From assembly GCA_025829515.1 (NCBI GenBank), contig GCA_025829515.1_4865.1: DNA of 64,000 nucleotides; one strand, given 5' to 3'. Source of the DNA: a phage. Of this stretch, positions 27,178-37,145 are shown piece by piece. The position numbers and the translations under genes are program-made. The notes beneath the pieces are model-generated. The model saw only the letters and a program-made list of their open reading frames with translations, ran no database searches and had not been told where the DNA came from. The first letter of the stretch is position 1. Each line of letters starts with the position of its first letter.

Positions 27178-28671
27178 ATGGCAGGTCCAGCTAAACAAGT
27201 CATGGGTGAAGTGATTCGCCCTCGTTTTAACGTATATACCATCATGGACCACGCTCTCGGTAACTACGAGCGCGGGGAAGATGGCTTGTACTACCTCAAC
27301 GGTGGTTTTGCCCACATCATGGGCTTCGCAGGTCGTGGGAACACTTTTAAGTCTACCTTATTAGACTTCTGCATTTTCATGATTCTGCAACGTTATAATG
27401 CAGCCTGGGGATCGAAATACGATACCGAAGTTACGGCAGCATTAAGTCGTCTGGAAACAGGGTACATTTCCGCAGCGAAAGCAAACGGATTAGAAGTATC
27501 ACCAACGGGCGGCGTGCTGGACCTGATCCACGAAGGTCGTTACAACATGGTTGGCTCGGATATCATGGCAGGTGAAGAATATTACTCTGCCTATATCCGT
27601 GACGAAGTCGAAAAACGTTTCAAAGAGTATATGGCTGGTAAGGCACGCGAAACACCATTCCCTGACCCAATCCGTCGCTCTGCGAAAAAGATTCTCGACC
27701 CGTGGTTGTACTCGATTGACTCCCTGTCCGAATGGCACACTTCTTCCCTGGAAGAGAAACATGCCAAATCAGAAGTCGGTGATTCTGAACAGAACATCCT
27801 GAACGCCCACGATGCCCTGCAGAAATCGAATATGATGAGCCGTTGGCCGTCTGCGTTTGCGCGTGGTGGTTTCTATATGGGCTTCGTTGCTCAGTTGGCC
27901 GACGATGCGGGTAAAGCAATGGCGGCAGGTGGCCGTGGTGGACCGAAGGCGAACGGTAAACTGTTGGACGATGCAGGCGATGATCTGAAGTTTGCGGGTA
28001 TCCCGCGCCGTCAGTTGTCGTTCTTAACTAACTCCCTGCTGGTTGCAACCAAGTCTGGTGAGTTGAAGCAGGATCAGACTTACAACGCGAAGACCGGTGT
28101 AAACGAAGAGAAATACCCGACTGCGCGTTCGAAAGCAATGAATGCTTCGGTGAACGACCTGAAAGAAATTGTTTTCACGCAGTACCGTGCGAAGGGTGGT
28201 CACACAGGCGTTAAGTTCAAAATGGTCTTCTCGCAGGAGATGGGTCTGCTTTATCACCTCTCTCTGTGGCATTACCTGAGCGACACACTGAAAGATGAAT
28301 GGGGCTACAAACGTAGTGGTGCTAACTATACCCTCGATTTGCTACCTGGTACATCTTTCATGCGTACCACGATTCGCGACATGTGTGACAGCAACCCGCG
28401 TTTGCGCCGGGCGTTGGAAATCACCGCCGCACTAGCGTACATGCAGAATAACTACCACCGACTGGAAATGAAGTACCATCTCTCACCGGCGGAGCTTTAT
28501 AAAGTTATCGACGAAAAGTGGGACTGGAATGAAATTCTGGACAATACAGTGGAATACTGGATGTTCAAGGATCAGGAAGTCAAAGGTGGTAAGCGTTGCT
28601 TAACAGCAATGTCATTACTGGCGATGGCCGTGGATGGTCTGGAACCTAAGTTCTTGACTAAGAAGAAATAA
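27178..28671 (+). CDS. UvsX/RecA-family recombinase-like protein (497 aa)
   Basis: GFAGRGNTFKSTLLDF resembles T4 UvsX Walker A LAGPSKSFKSNFGL; LYSIDSLSEW resembles UvsX VFIDSLGNLA. Confidence 0.65.
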   Translation: MAGPAKQVMGEVIRPRFNVYTIMDHALGNYERGEDGLYYLNGGFAHIMGFAGRGNTFKSTLLDFCIFMILQRYNAAWGSKYDTEVTAALSRLETGYISAAKANGLEVSPTGGVLDLIHEGRYNMVGSDIMAGEEYYSAYIRDEVEKRFKEYMAGKARETPFPDPIRRSAKKILDPWLYSIDSLSEWHTSSLEEKHAKSEVGDSEQNILNAHDALQKSNMMSRWPSAFARGGFYMGFVAQLADDAGKAMAAGGRGGPKANGKLLDDAGDDLKFAGIPRRQLSFLTNSLLVATKSGELKQDQTYNAKTGVNEEKYPTARSKAMNASVNDLKEIVFTQYRAKGGHTGVKFKMVFSQEMGLLYHLSLWHYLSDTLKDEWGYKRSGANYTLDLLPGTSFMRTTIRDMCDSNPRLRRALEITAALAYMQNNYHRLEMKYHLSPAELYKVIDEKWDWNEILDNTVEYWMFKDQEVKGGKRCLTAMSLLAMAVDGLEPKFLTKKK

Positions 28672-28673
28672 GC

Positions 28674-28702
28674 ATGGGCGGGGCAACCCGCCTGTTTTTT
28701 CC
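28674..28702 (+). terminator. rho-independent terminator
   Basis: gggcggggcaacccgcc hairpin + T-run. Confidence 0.55.
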
Positions 28703-28716
28703 CCTGAGGATTAGCG

Positions 28717-28992
28717 ATGCGTTATCAGAAAGATATTGTAGAGCGTCTGTGTCTGGGTCTCGCTGGTATTAGCCAGGAACTTAGCACCGCGTTCCATAAC
28801 GAGTTCTCAGCACCGCGACATGCACTGTCTGAATTTAGTCATCAGGTAAATGCCCATTACGGCAACCTGATTAATGATAAACCGAAGGTTGATGCGGTCG
28901 GTGTGCCTGAACACAATGAAGATATCCCGTACTGGATTGAAGACCTGGAACGTGTGGTTCTTCCAGTGCTCCGTGAGAGGATGAAAAAATGA
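28717..28992 (+). CDS. hypothetical protein (91 aa)
   Basis: GAGG RBS. Confidence 0.5.
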   Translation: MRYQKDIVERLCLGLAGISQELSTAFHNEFSAPRHALSEFSHQVNAHYGNLINDKPKVDAVGVPEHNEDIPYWIEDLERVVLPVLRERMKK

Positions 28993-29657
28993 GATTAGAC
29001 CCGGCACGGCGAAAAAAAGCAGAAGCTTATGCTTTACAGTTACTGAACTTAGTTGACCCGACCGGGATTAACGCGGAAGCTGCCAAGCGCGCTTTCTCAC
29101 GAATGTCTGACGAAGAGTTCAATCGTCTGCGCGAAGGGTTGCCTGTTTACAACCCAACTGGTGGCAAGGTCAAAATTGACCATATGCGCAATATTAAAAT
29201 TTGCGAAGCGATGGGACTGAACTTGTGTCAGCGCCTGTGGCTCACGGAACCGAAAACCGGTATCCTACAGCGTACCCGTTACCCCCATTTAGTCTTCCGG
29301 CTACCTGCACGTCGCCAGACGCAGATGCAAGAGAAGAAAATGGCGGTGGCGAAGAACGATAAAGTCCGCGATAAACTCTCGGGTCAGGTAGTAGGGCCTT
29401 CCAAAGCTTCGGGTGTTTCGTTTCCAGAAGCGTACATCATGTACTCGGATGGACACGACTCAACGCTCCAGGAGTTCCTGTGGGCGCGTGGTGGTAACGA
29501 TACGTTACAACGTGCGTTCTATCAATCGCTACGGCAAACCGGTAAAGGTCGCATCAACCTGGAAGGGGCTGAGCGTACCAGTTCAAAAGCGCCGCGTACA
29601 TGGTCTTCGTACTTTAAAGCAATGCACATCGGTAACAACTTAGGACGCCCGGAATGA
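28989..29657 (+). CDS. hypothetical protein (222 aa)
   Basis: ATGA overlap. Confidence 0.55.
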   Translation: MRLDPARRKKAEAYALQLLNLVDPTGINAEAAKRAFSRMSDEEFNRLREGLPVYNPTGGKVKIDHMRNIKICEAMGLNLCQRLWLTEPKTGILQRTRYPHLVFRLPARRQTQMQEKKMAVAKNDKVRDKLSGQVVGPSKASGVSFPEAYIMYSDGHDSTLQEFLWARGGNDTLQRAFYQSLRQTGKGRINLEGAERTSSKAPRTWSSYFKAMHIGNNLGRPE

Positions 29658-30382
29658 GATTAGGACGCCGTTTCTTAGTCGATATCGACACAATCTTCGA
29701 TACACGAATTGGTTGGGCGAAAGTGCTGCAGCCTGATGTATTAGAGAAGCTTGATTTAGAAGTGTATCGGATGCGGTTCACAGATGCGTGGGCCGAAGTG
29801 GTAGGAATTCAGGACTGGAATAAAAAGTTCGCGGAGCGTGATAAACGCGCGTTGCAGAACGCGCAGCCAACAGAAATGTTGCTTACGCTAAAGAACGAAG
29901 TACAGGCAATGTTAATGACGATACAGATGCACGCTCCTATTGAGCGACCTGTCTTAACGTTTAACCTGTGGCCATACGCTGATCTCGATGATGAAGAACG
30001 TCATGCGTTTTTGGAAGAACTGCGTTACTACTATAACGAAGTGCAAGTAGACGTCGTTGTTATTCCTCACAGCGATCTTACACCAGGACGACTTGCTTCT
30101 GCATGGGACGGTTGGATAATGTACGATTGGTATCCGTGGATAGAACAACACGCGAACCATTTCCAGAAACCGATTCCGGATTTCACCATTACCCGACCGA
30201 GTATGCTGACCAGCGAATTAACGGAAGAAGCCATCGCGCAAATAAAAAGAGATAAGGTGAACCCCTTTAAGGAGTCCACCCGTTTTCTTGCTCAATACGT
30301 CGGTACTGACGTAAAGGACACTGCGCTGTTTAGTCTTCGTCGTCATCAGCAGGACGACGACTCGCAAACGCAGACGCCATGA
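29654..30382 (+). CDS. hypothetical protein (242 aa)
   Basis: ATGA overlap. Confidence 0.55.
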   Translation: MRLGRRFLVDIDTIFDTRIGWAKVLQPDVLEKLDLEVYRMRFTDAWAEVVGIQDWNKKFAERDKRALQNAQPTEMLLTLKNEVQAMLMTIQMHAPIERPVLTFNLWPYADLDDEERHAFLEELRYYYNEVQVDVVVIPHSDLTPGRLASAWDGWIMYDWYPWIEQHANHFQKPIPDFTITRPSMLTSELTEEAIAQIKRDKVNPFKESTRFLAQYVGTDVKDTALFSLRRHQQDDDSQTQTP

Positions 30383-30800
30383 TCTGGTCAACGTCAATCT
30401 TTTCGCCTACTGGTGCCAACTCACCTTCTTTCGGAGGCCGTACTGCGGCAATCTGTGGGACGGTGGGTTGGTATCCATTATTTAAATCTTCTTCATCGTC
30501 GTGACGTTTGATACCAACGCCAGCACGGGTCATTAAGAAGCCGTTTAAACTGTTGGCCAAATCTTGAGTCGCCTCAGCGCCTTTCTCAGCAGCTTTAATT
30601 TTCCGCTTCGTCATGACCTGTTTGTCGATGCCGTTGATTAGGCGTTCGATTCGGTCGACGGCTTTTAAGTCTTTGTGTACTTCACCGTCGTTCACCATAT
30701 CTGTGACGAGCTTAACGCGTAGCTGTTGTGTTTGGCGGAGAAGCGAATCTTCGTTGTCCACATCTCCGTCGAACGCTTGGTATTTCACTTCTTCGCTCAT
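30330..30800 (-). CDS. hypothetical acidic protein (156 aa)
   Basis: Minus-strand ORF, convergent with upstream gene, divergent from 30877. Confidence 0.5.
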   Translation of the reverse strand: MSEEVKYQAFDGDVDNEDSLLRQTQQLRVKLVTDMVNDGEVHKDLKAVDRIERLINGIDKQVMTKRKIKAAEKGAEATQDLANSLNGFLMTRAGVGIKRHDDEEDLNNGYQPTVPQIAAVRPPKEGELAPVGEKIDVDQIMASAFASRRPADDDED

Positions 30801-30824
30801 GGGATAACCTCATCTCAAAAAGAA

Positions 30825-30849
30825 CTCAGACAGATATTATCTATCCGAG
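30825..30849 (+). promoter_or_regulatory. putative phage promoter motif copy (ctcagacagatattatctatccgag)
   Basis: Conserved motif copy in divergent intergenic region, oriented toward gene 30877. Confidence 0.5.
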
Positions 30850-30876
30850 ACAACATCTCATAATAGGATAACACCT

Positions 30877-31407
30877 ATGCTTTTTAAATGGCTTTCAACA
30901 CTCCTGCGTCGTAAGGCTGTAGAAGCTCGCAGACGCTCTTTGGAGGCTGAGTTTCATAAGAATACCCATAACACCCTGCACAGAGTGATGGTGGGCTTAG
31001 AACTCATTACAGAGCCTCTGGAATATAATGGGAAAGAATACCTTCCTTTTTCATTGCGTGGACAACTCGAATTACGTATTCGAGATTTTGACACGTTGGT
31101 GGAGCGATTGGAATTCTTCATTTCTGAGTATAACCGTGTATCCAGTAGCAACATTCCCAATCAACGTTGGTTAGAGTTGCCTGAGGCAATCGATAGAAAA
31201 GGAGAGAGTTCAGAACCACGATGGCTTGATCATTATTTCGGTGCATCCGATCCTGAAGTCGCGCGCGATAAACTGCGCACAGTCTTCGCTATGTTAGAAC
31301 TGTATCAGCGTGCATTTGATAAACAAACACCCGAACAGGATACGCTGTTTAATCAAACCGCACATATCTTCCGCGAGTTAGAAGTGATAGTGGAACACTA
31401 TCTCTAA
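30877..31407 (+). CDS. hypothetical protein (176 aa)
   Basis: ORF downstream of promoter motif. Confidence 0.55.
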   Translation: MLFKWLSTLLRRKAVEARRRSLEAEFHKNTHNTLHRVMVGLELITEPLEYNGKEYLPFSLRGQLELRIRDFDTLVERLEFFISEYNRVSSSNIPNQRWLELPEAIDRKGESSEPRWLDHYFGASDPEVARDKLRTVFAMLELYQRAFDKQTPEQDTLFNQTAHIFRELEVIVEHYL

Positions 31408-31440
31408 CTTTTAATCTATTCCCTTGTAACAAGGTGATGT

Positions 31441-32319
31441 ATGGATGATGAGAAAAAGCCGCCGCTGAATAGCACACGCGAGCAAATTTGGCACGGTACG
31501 CCACCGGCGTCAGATTCCAGCTACCCGTTAAGGAAAGCTTATTGGAATCTGGTTAAGTTGATGGGTATTAGCGACGGGATATGGAAAGACCTTATCCGTC
31601 AACATGTCAACGACCCGGAGTATCTGAAACAGTTTCGTGACAGCAAACTGACCACGATGACCGACCGCGTTAACCGGCTGAACACCTCACTTACGGGTGG
31701 TTCGGTACGTAACCTGACAGTCGATTTTACGTGGAAACGTTTCATCGAGGGATTAGTTATCCTGGAGATGCAAACGCTAACAGTCACCCTGCTGACTAAG
31801 CGGGGAAGCTTTGACACGAAGTGTTTTGTATTCGACAGTACGTTTGTGCGTGAGGACTTCATTAAGAACTTACGTAATGAGAACAGGAAGAAACGTAAAG
31901 AGCGTTTCGAGCATCCTGCATCTTACGACGTTAACGAGTATGTCGCGAACATCGACCACACTATCGAACATGTGATGAAGCACATTCTCCTGCGTTTAAT
32001 CTACAAAGTTATTCGTGGGTATAAAATCGATGGTGATAAACTGGAACGGTGGACGACGAACTACGTCAACAACCCTAAGTTGTGCCCAGGCACATCATCC
32101 AAACGTGGGGACAGACGAAACAACATGAAACAGGCGATGCGTCACACCGAGGCAATCACCTGGCGTTGGTTTCTAATAATCTTACAAGCGCTGGACGTAC
32201 GTGAGTTCGAAATCACTTTCAAAGTTCGTCATCGTAGTGGTAGAGAATATGAGGTCAGCGACGACGTTCCGTTAGCGACGTATAGATTCTGGAGTTCCAA
32301 TGAAACTGAACAACCTTGA
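31441..32319 (+). CDS. hypothetical protein (292 aa)
   Basis: AAGGTGA RBS. Confidence 0.55.
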   Translation: MDDEKKPPLNSTREQIWHGTPPASDSSYPLRKAYWNLVKLMGISDGIWKDLIRQHVNDPEYLKQFRDSKLTTMTDRVNRLNTSLTGGSVRNLTVDFTWKRFIEGLVILEMQTLTVTLLTKRGSFDTKCFVFDSTFVREDFIKNLRNENRKKRKERFEHPASYDVNEYVANIDHTIEHVMKHILLRLIYKVIRGYKIDGDKLERWTTNYVNNPKLCPGTSSKRGDRRNNMKQAMRHTEAITWRWFLIILQALDVREFEITFKVRHRSGREYEVSDDVPLATYRFWSSNETEQP

Positions 32320-33574
32320 TGGGATTACCAACCAGATAAGCAGCACAACGGGCGCAATAGAGAACAAAGTTAACGATGTTCAAAACCGTGTCCAGTCAAC
32401 GATTGGTAATGCCGAGCGCGGTATTGAAAGTGCTCAAAATTTGTACAATAACGTAACCGCCAAAGCAGGGGAAACTTTCGACAAGATCTCCAACATTGGC
32501 AACACGATAAGTGAAAAATTTGGTAACGTGTTCGGGGGTGGCGACCAAGTCACGGTAGGTGGTAAAAAGGCAGCAGGTTCAGCGGCTTCCGGAGTATCGC
32601 CGCCTCAACGAGTGCCTACTTTTGCTTCCAACACGAAAGAAGCGCTGCCAGTTATCGATCCACAGAAGCGCGATGTGTCCGAACCCTTTCAGAAGGTAAA
32701 CCAGGAAGGGAAAACTGCACTGAGCTATCTCTCACCGGGTGGCGCAGGTAGTCTGTTAAGTAAGGGATGGGATACACTGACTGATCTTCGCGATAGCGCT
32801 TTAAGCGCGGTCGGGACAGATTATGCGTCAGTGAAAGCTCGCCTGGAGTCCACGATGAACATCGCGGGACAGCTTGCCAAACTGCCTGGTGAGGTACAGC
32901 GTGAAATCGGTAACTACGTCGATATGGCCAATAGCGCCAAGTGGCAAGTCACCGCACTGATTGATGATGTTACGCACACGTTTGATAGCTTTAAGGACCT
33001 GGACGACTTCTTGTCTATCGACGGGATCATTGATAGCTTTACGGGCGGGAGTGGGAATTTCTCCTCGCTGGATATCAACACCTCGTCTGCGTTGATATAC
33101 GGTATGTCCACAAAGCTCAATCAATACGGTCTGCCGAATCGCATCGATCCGATGATTCAGGCTATCACCGATCCTATTGCACAACAAGCGTTGTACGGCG
33201 AACTGATGATACAGGCTGCAGCTGCTGGCAATCTCAATTCTGTTGAGTATTACTTGCCTAAACTACAGCCAGGTCAAGGTGCTGAGATTGCAGATACTGT
33301 TATTCAGAATCTTCTGATGAACCTTAACGTTGAGCCGGGTGTGGGTTACAGCACCTACGGTCAGCGACTGTTGACGTTGTTTAATGCGCTTAATCCAAAC
33401 TGGGATATCTCTAAAACGAATCCTGGAATGGTTGAGCTTAAGCTTTACACGTACGCCAACAGTAATGCGATTCAAGCACTCCTGACCACCGAGAAACGTC
33501 CGTACGTTATCGCCGGTGGTAGTGTCCAATATCAGTCTGCCAGTACGCTGGTGCAGAGCTATTTCGCCTTGTAA
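32300..33574 (+). CDS. hypothetical protein (424 aa)
   Basis: GGAG RBS; long ORF. Confidence 0.6.
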   Translation: MKLNNLDGITNQISSTTGAIENKVNDVQNRVQSTIGNAERGIESAQNLYNNVTAKAGETFDKISNIGNTISEKFGNVFGGGDQVTVGGKKAAGSAASGVSPPQRVPTFASNTKEALPVIDPQKRDVSEPFQKVNQEGKTALSYLSPGGAGSLLSKGWDTLTDLRDSALSAVGTDYASVKARLESTMNIAGQLAKLPGEVQREIGNYVDMANSAKWQVTALIDDVTHTFDSFKDLDDFLSIDGIIDSFTGGSGNFSSLDINTSSALIYGMSTKLNQYGLPNRIDPMIQAITDPIAQQALYGELMIQAAAAGNLNSVEYYLPKLQPGQGAEIADTVIQNLLMNLNVEPGVGYSTYGQRLLTLFNALNPNWDISKTNPGMVELKLYTYANSNAIQALLTTEKRPYVIAGGSVQYQSASTLVQSYFAL

Positions 33575-33583
33575 GGTACCTCT

Positions 33584-34435
33584 ATGTCGAAAGATGAAGG
33601 TAAGTTTTTGCGTAGTGCGTTGGAACGTCTACGTGTCGATGGTGCATCGGTGGATGCTTTGGCGGCCGCTTTTGGGTTTACGTTGCCCGCCTCGGTAGAA
33701 GCCACATATCCTGTTTTACGTCCCATCCTACCACCAGAAGAAAAGGAAGCCTTTGTACGCTATTTACTGCGTATGGGTTACCAGAGTACCTTGGTGGATA
33801 TCACGCCGTCTACAGACGGTCTGAATCACTTCAACATCTATTCGCAGGGGCGAACTGAGATAGGTCGGATGGCGAGTAACTTCTATGCTCGCCCTGGTGA
33901 GTATTTTGTTACCCCCCACGGACCTTTCCGGACGCTCGAAGGTTATTATCATTACCTGCGTATTCTGGATTACTTAATGCGTGAAATTGATAACCGCACT
34001 TTGGTGATGGAATTTGATATCATGCGACAGGCAGTGAACACCTGGCCTGATATTGAGAAGTTGCGTGCACTAGATGGCACCGACTGTATCCGGTTAGGTC
34101 GTAATCTGAAAGCGGAAATCTACGGAGGAACCAGCTATAAGCCCGGTTCATTTACCCCGGTTACAGAAAGCCGTTTTATCCATGCGCTGGTAAATAAGCT
34201 CTTTATACTGTCGGTCGACGGGACTTCGTTAGGTAATGTGTTTGCGGAGATTCTGCGGGCACGTATCCCGCTTAAGCATTATTACATGATGCAAGGGCGT
34301 AAGATATTCCCGGCACACTGGGACTGGCTACCGAATCTGATTGAGATGATAGCTGAACATATCGATCCTGAGGACAGTACGTTTGATCGAACCGAACTTT
34401 TGAAGAAACTAGGAATCGATGATGGGACTATTTGA
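33584..34435 (+). CDS. hypothetical protein (283 aa)
   Basis: ORF. Confidence 0.55.
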   Translation: MSKDEGKFLRSALERLRVDGASVDALAAAFGFTLPASVEATYPVLRPILPPEEKEAFVRYLLRMGYQSTLVDITPSTDGLNHFNIYSQGRTEIGRMASNFYARPGEYFVTPHGPFRTLEGYYHYLRILDYLMREIDNRTLVMEFDIMRQAVNTWPDIEKLRALDGTDCIRLGRNLKAEIYGGTSYKPGSFTPVTESRFIHALVNKLFILSVDGTSLGNVFAEILRARIPLKHYYMMQGRKIFPAHWDWLPNLIEMIAEHIDPEDSTFDRTELLKKLGIDDGTI

Positions 34436-35081
34436 TATTCTCAAAAACTTAGACGAGCAGCAGGAAAAAGAAGTCATTACTGTTGCGCGTGAGTCCATCT
34501 CTACGGAGAAGGAACGTGAGTATTGCATGTGGGTTAAACCCACTGAAGAAGGTTGGCAATGGCTGTTTGGTCAGACAGGTGAAACGTTCCTGGATGTCAT
34601 CATGCCGGTCGTTAACGGCAAACGTCGTGTGCGGTTGTCCACCGATAAAACCGCAGTCTTAACGTTAAAACGACAAGCATCTGATGGTCGTATCGAAGAG
34701 AACTCGGATATCGGGTTTGCTTCGGGTCTGACCTTCTACGAAGATGGCAATCTTGCACATCTCGTGCGTCGTATCAAACTCGAGCCAGGCGAGCTGGCAG
34801 AGCAAGGTGCGAAGCATTGGGATATCGACTTGTTCTTTAAACTGGCAGGTCACCCAGTTATCGAATCGCAGGCAGGTTTCGAAGACCTTGTCAACGAACT
34901 GCGCGACTCCACTACATTCGGTGAGTGGGTAAAAGTCGAACTGGAAGTTGAGCGATTTGAGCTGACGTCTATCAAGGACGTATTGCCGTTTGCAGTAGAA
35001 GACGCTATTCCAGGCAATCCTTCTAACCCAGATGACCAAGAAGTCATTCGGGACTACTGGGATAATGAAACCCGCATCTAA
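34419..35081 (+). CDS. hypothetical protein (220 aa)
   Basis: ORF followed by terminator. Confidence 0.55.
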   Translation: MMGLFDILKNLDEQQEKEVITVARESISTEKEREYCMWVKPTEEGWQWLFGQTGETFLDVIMPVVNGKRRVRLSTDKTAVLTLKRQASDGRIEENSDIGFASGLTFYEDGNLAHLVRRIKLEPGELAEQGAKHWDIDLFFKLAGHPVIESQAGFEDLVNELRDSTTFGEWVKVELEVERFELTSIKDVLPFAVEDAIPGNPSNPDDQEVIRDYWDNETRI

Positions 35082-35087
35082 GTCGTG

Positions 35088-35122
35088 CCCTCTCCTTCGG
35101 GAGAGGGTATCTTTATTTTTTA
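35088..35122 (+). terminator. rho-independent terminator
   Basis: ccctctccttcgggagaggg hairpin + T-run. Confidence 0.6.
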
Positions 35123-35139
35123 TCTTAAGGAGTATGTAA

Positions 35140-35502
35140 ATGCAAATCGGCTTCTTCTTTAATCGTCACGGAATCGTGTTTGTTTGTGGTGTTCCGGATA
35201 GTGACGGGAGACGTGTACGCACGCTGGAACTCGACGAAACATCTATGGTCGAGTGGAAAGAGAAACTTGCTCCCTTCGCAGAAGGTAAGTTTCAACTATT
35301 GCGACTCTACACGCAAGCTGCGTCGCCACGCGTTGCTTTCTCCCGACATGGAGACGGCGAAGACACCACACATCTGGTTATCTTCAGTGGGCAGCCTGGT
35401 CGTGTATTGTGCGAATTATTGATGGGATTCAACCCGCCTAGCAAGCCCAGGATGAATACGTACAATGTGCATGACAGTAGTCAAATTCTTATTCTTCGAT
35501 AA
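35140..35502 (+). CDS. hypothetical protein (120 aa)
   Basis: AAGGAG RBS. Confidence 0.5.
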   Translation: MQIGFFFNRHGIVFVCGVPDSDGRRVRTLELDETSMVEWKEKLAPFAEGKFQLLRLYTQAASPRVAFSRHGDGEDTTHLVIFSGQPGRVLCELLMGFNPPSKPRMNTYNVHDSSQILILR

Positions 35503-35552
35503 TTTACGGCCGCGGCTGTACGTATGTGAATCACCCACAAGGAGTATATATC

Positions 35553-35849
35553 ATGCAGACCAACGATCCCGTTAACGATTACATCGACCAATGCATCGAT
35601 GCTGCAATCGTTTTAAAGAAACATTTTCCTGAGCAGAAAGAGCGTAATTTCTGGATGCCGTTTAAAACGCTGTACCCGAAACGTCAGCGTATCACCGAAA
35701 AGATGTGCAACGACATCATCTCTGTTCTATCGGCCCGAAAAATCGATTACAAAAGACCTGAAATTGCCGATGGTTTTATTATTACCATAAACCTAGTAAA
35801 AAACGCGTTAACCGTAAAACAGGCAACTAGTGCGCTGAAAGAGGATTAA
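35553..35849 (+). CDS. hypothetical protein (98 aa)
   Basis: ATG 35553 with AAGGAG RBS. Confidence 0.5.
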   Translation: MQTNDPVNDYIDQCIDAAIVLKKHFPEQKERNFWMPFKTLYPKRQRITEKMCNDIISVLSARKIDYKRPEIADGFIITINLVKNALTVKQATSALKED

Positions 35850-35855
35850 ACAACA

Positions 35856-36281
35856 ATGAACAATATAGCATTTACGAAAGACGTTGGCTTACTTCTGAAC
35901 AACACCATCATCGCTGGCACTAATAACGCTAACTGGGAAGCGTTAGCACAGCGTCTCAAAGACAAACCGGTGAAAATCGTGGTGACGAGCGAGTTACCGT
36001 TAAACGGCACAATGGCAAACTGTGGTCCAATGTTTGCGGCGTTTAACATCGACTACGATTGCGGCTCCGCTTTCTTACAAAACGCCGCGTTACGTAGCCG
36101 TCTGTACAGCTGGCGTTTGCTGGGTCCGGTAAGTAAGGCCGCTGGCCAGATGGTTAACCAGGGCACACCGATGTCGGGTGTAGAAGACCAGACTATCGCC
36201 GTTGTCGTTTCTCGTGCAAGCGGCCAGCTTAACTTTGCAATCTGCTACGCGTATCAGGAGGAGGAGGAAGCCTGTGTTTAG
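35856..36281 (+). CDS. hypothetical protein (141 aa)
   Basis: ORF. Confidence 0.5.
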   Translation: MNNIAFTKDVGLLLNNTIIAGTNNANWEALAQRLKDKPVKIVVTSELPLNGTMANCGPMFAAFNIDYDCGSAFLQNAALRSRLYSWRLLGPVSKAAGQMVNQGTPMSGVEDQTIAVVVSRASGQLNFAICYAYQEEEEACV

Positions 36282-37143
36282 TATCGTTCAGCAAGTTCAA
36301 GCGGTCGAAGAGTGGTTTCGCAAGACGGATATCTACCAACAGAAAGCGACTGAGCGTCAGTTGGTAAAGTATTACGTCACACTCGGCAGGATCTCGGCAG
36401 GTGTCGATGAACTGGATAACTTAAAGGTGGCTGCCGGTATCGGTGAATCGATTTGGACATTTGCCGCGCTGCTACACCTCGGTCCACATTCTAACCTCGG
36501 TGATATTGTCGTTCCGTTGAGTGATGCGGTGTCTCTTCGTACTACAACTGGCACGAAAGAAGGACAACTGCAGCAGCTCATGTTAATTGCAGTCGAGACC
36601 GTTAGTGTTGTTTTGCGTGAACCAGAACCTGACCCTAAGAGTTATAGCGCGCTGCTTCGTAAGTTGATGAGACAGTATCAATTGTTGGCGTGTCGTTGCG
36701 GGCTGGAGTTTGACCGTGTTGTTTTTAATGGCCATCGTAAGCTCGTTAAGACGCCTGAAACGACAAGCACGCTCGGCGAACTGCTCAAAGCATCGTTGCC
36801 GTTATCCGACGACGATTTGGCGAAACAAACCTATCAGGCGGTGTACAAAACCAACGAGTCAGTCCACGACATTATTGTAAATTGCCTTTTGGCCACATCG
36901 AATGATTTACAAACCGAACATAACGGTGAAGTCGCCATGCCGCAGCTATTGCTGCGGATGGAGGACATTATGAACGAAAAGCTGCAAGAGCTTCTCAAGG
37001 CGCACTTTGAACCGTGGATAGTAAGAAAACAAATGTTGTTCAATCGTAACCCTCGCGTTGATGTTAAGTTCGATGGTAACGCTGTAAACATTTGTGCGAA
37101 CGACGATTTAAGAGACATTTTGAATTTATTGAAAGGAAAATAA
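36274..37143 (+). CDS. hypothetical protein (289 aa, GTG start)
   Basis: Very strong AGGAGGAGGAGG RBS before GTG 36274. Confidence 0.55.
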   Translation: MFSIVQQVQAVEEWFRKTDIYQQKATERQLVKYYVTLGRISAGVDELDNLKVAAGIGESIWTFAALLHLGPHSNLGDIVVPLSDAVSLRTTTGTKEGQLQQLMLIAVETVSVVLREPEPDPKSYSALLRKLMRQYQLLACRCGLEFDRVVFNGHRKLVKTPETTSTLGELLKASLPLSDDDLAKQTYQAVYKTNESVHDIIVNCLLATSNDLQTEHNGEVAMPQLLLRMEDIMNEKLQELLKAHFEPWIVRKQMLFNRNPRVDVKFDGNAVNICANDDLRDILNLLKGK

Positions 37144-37145
37144 TT

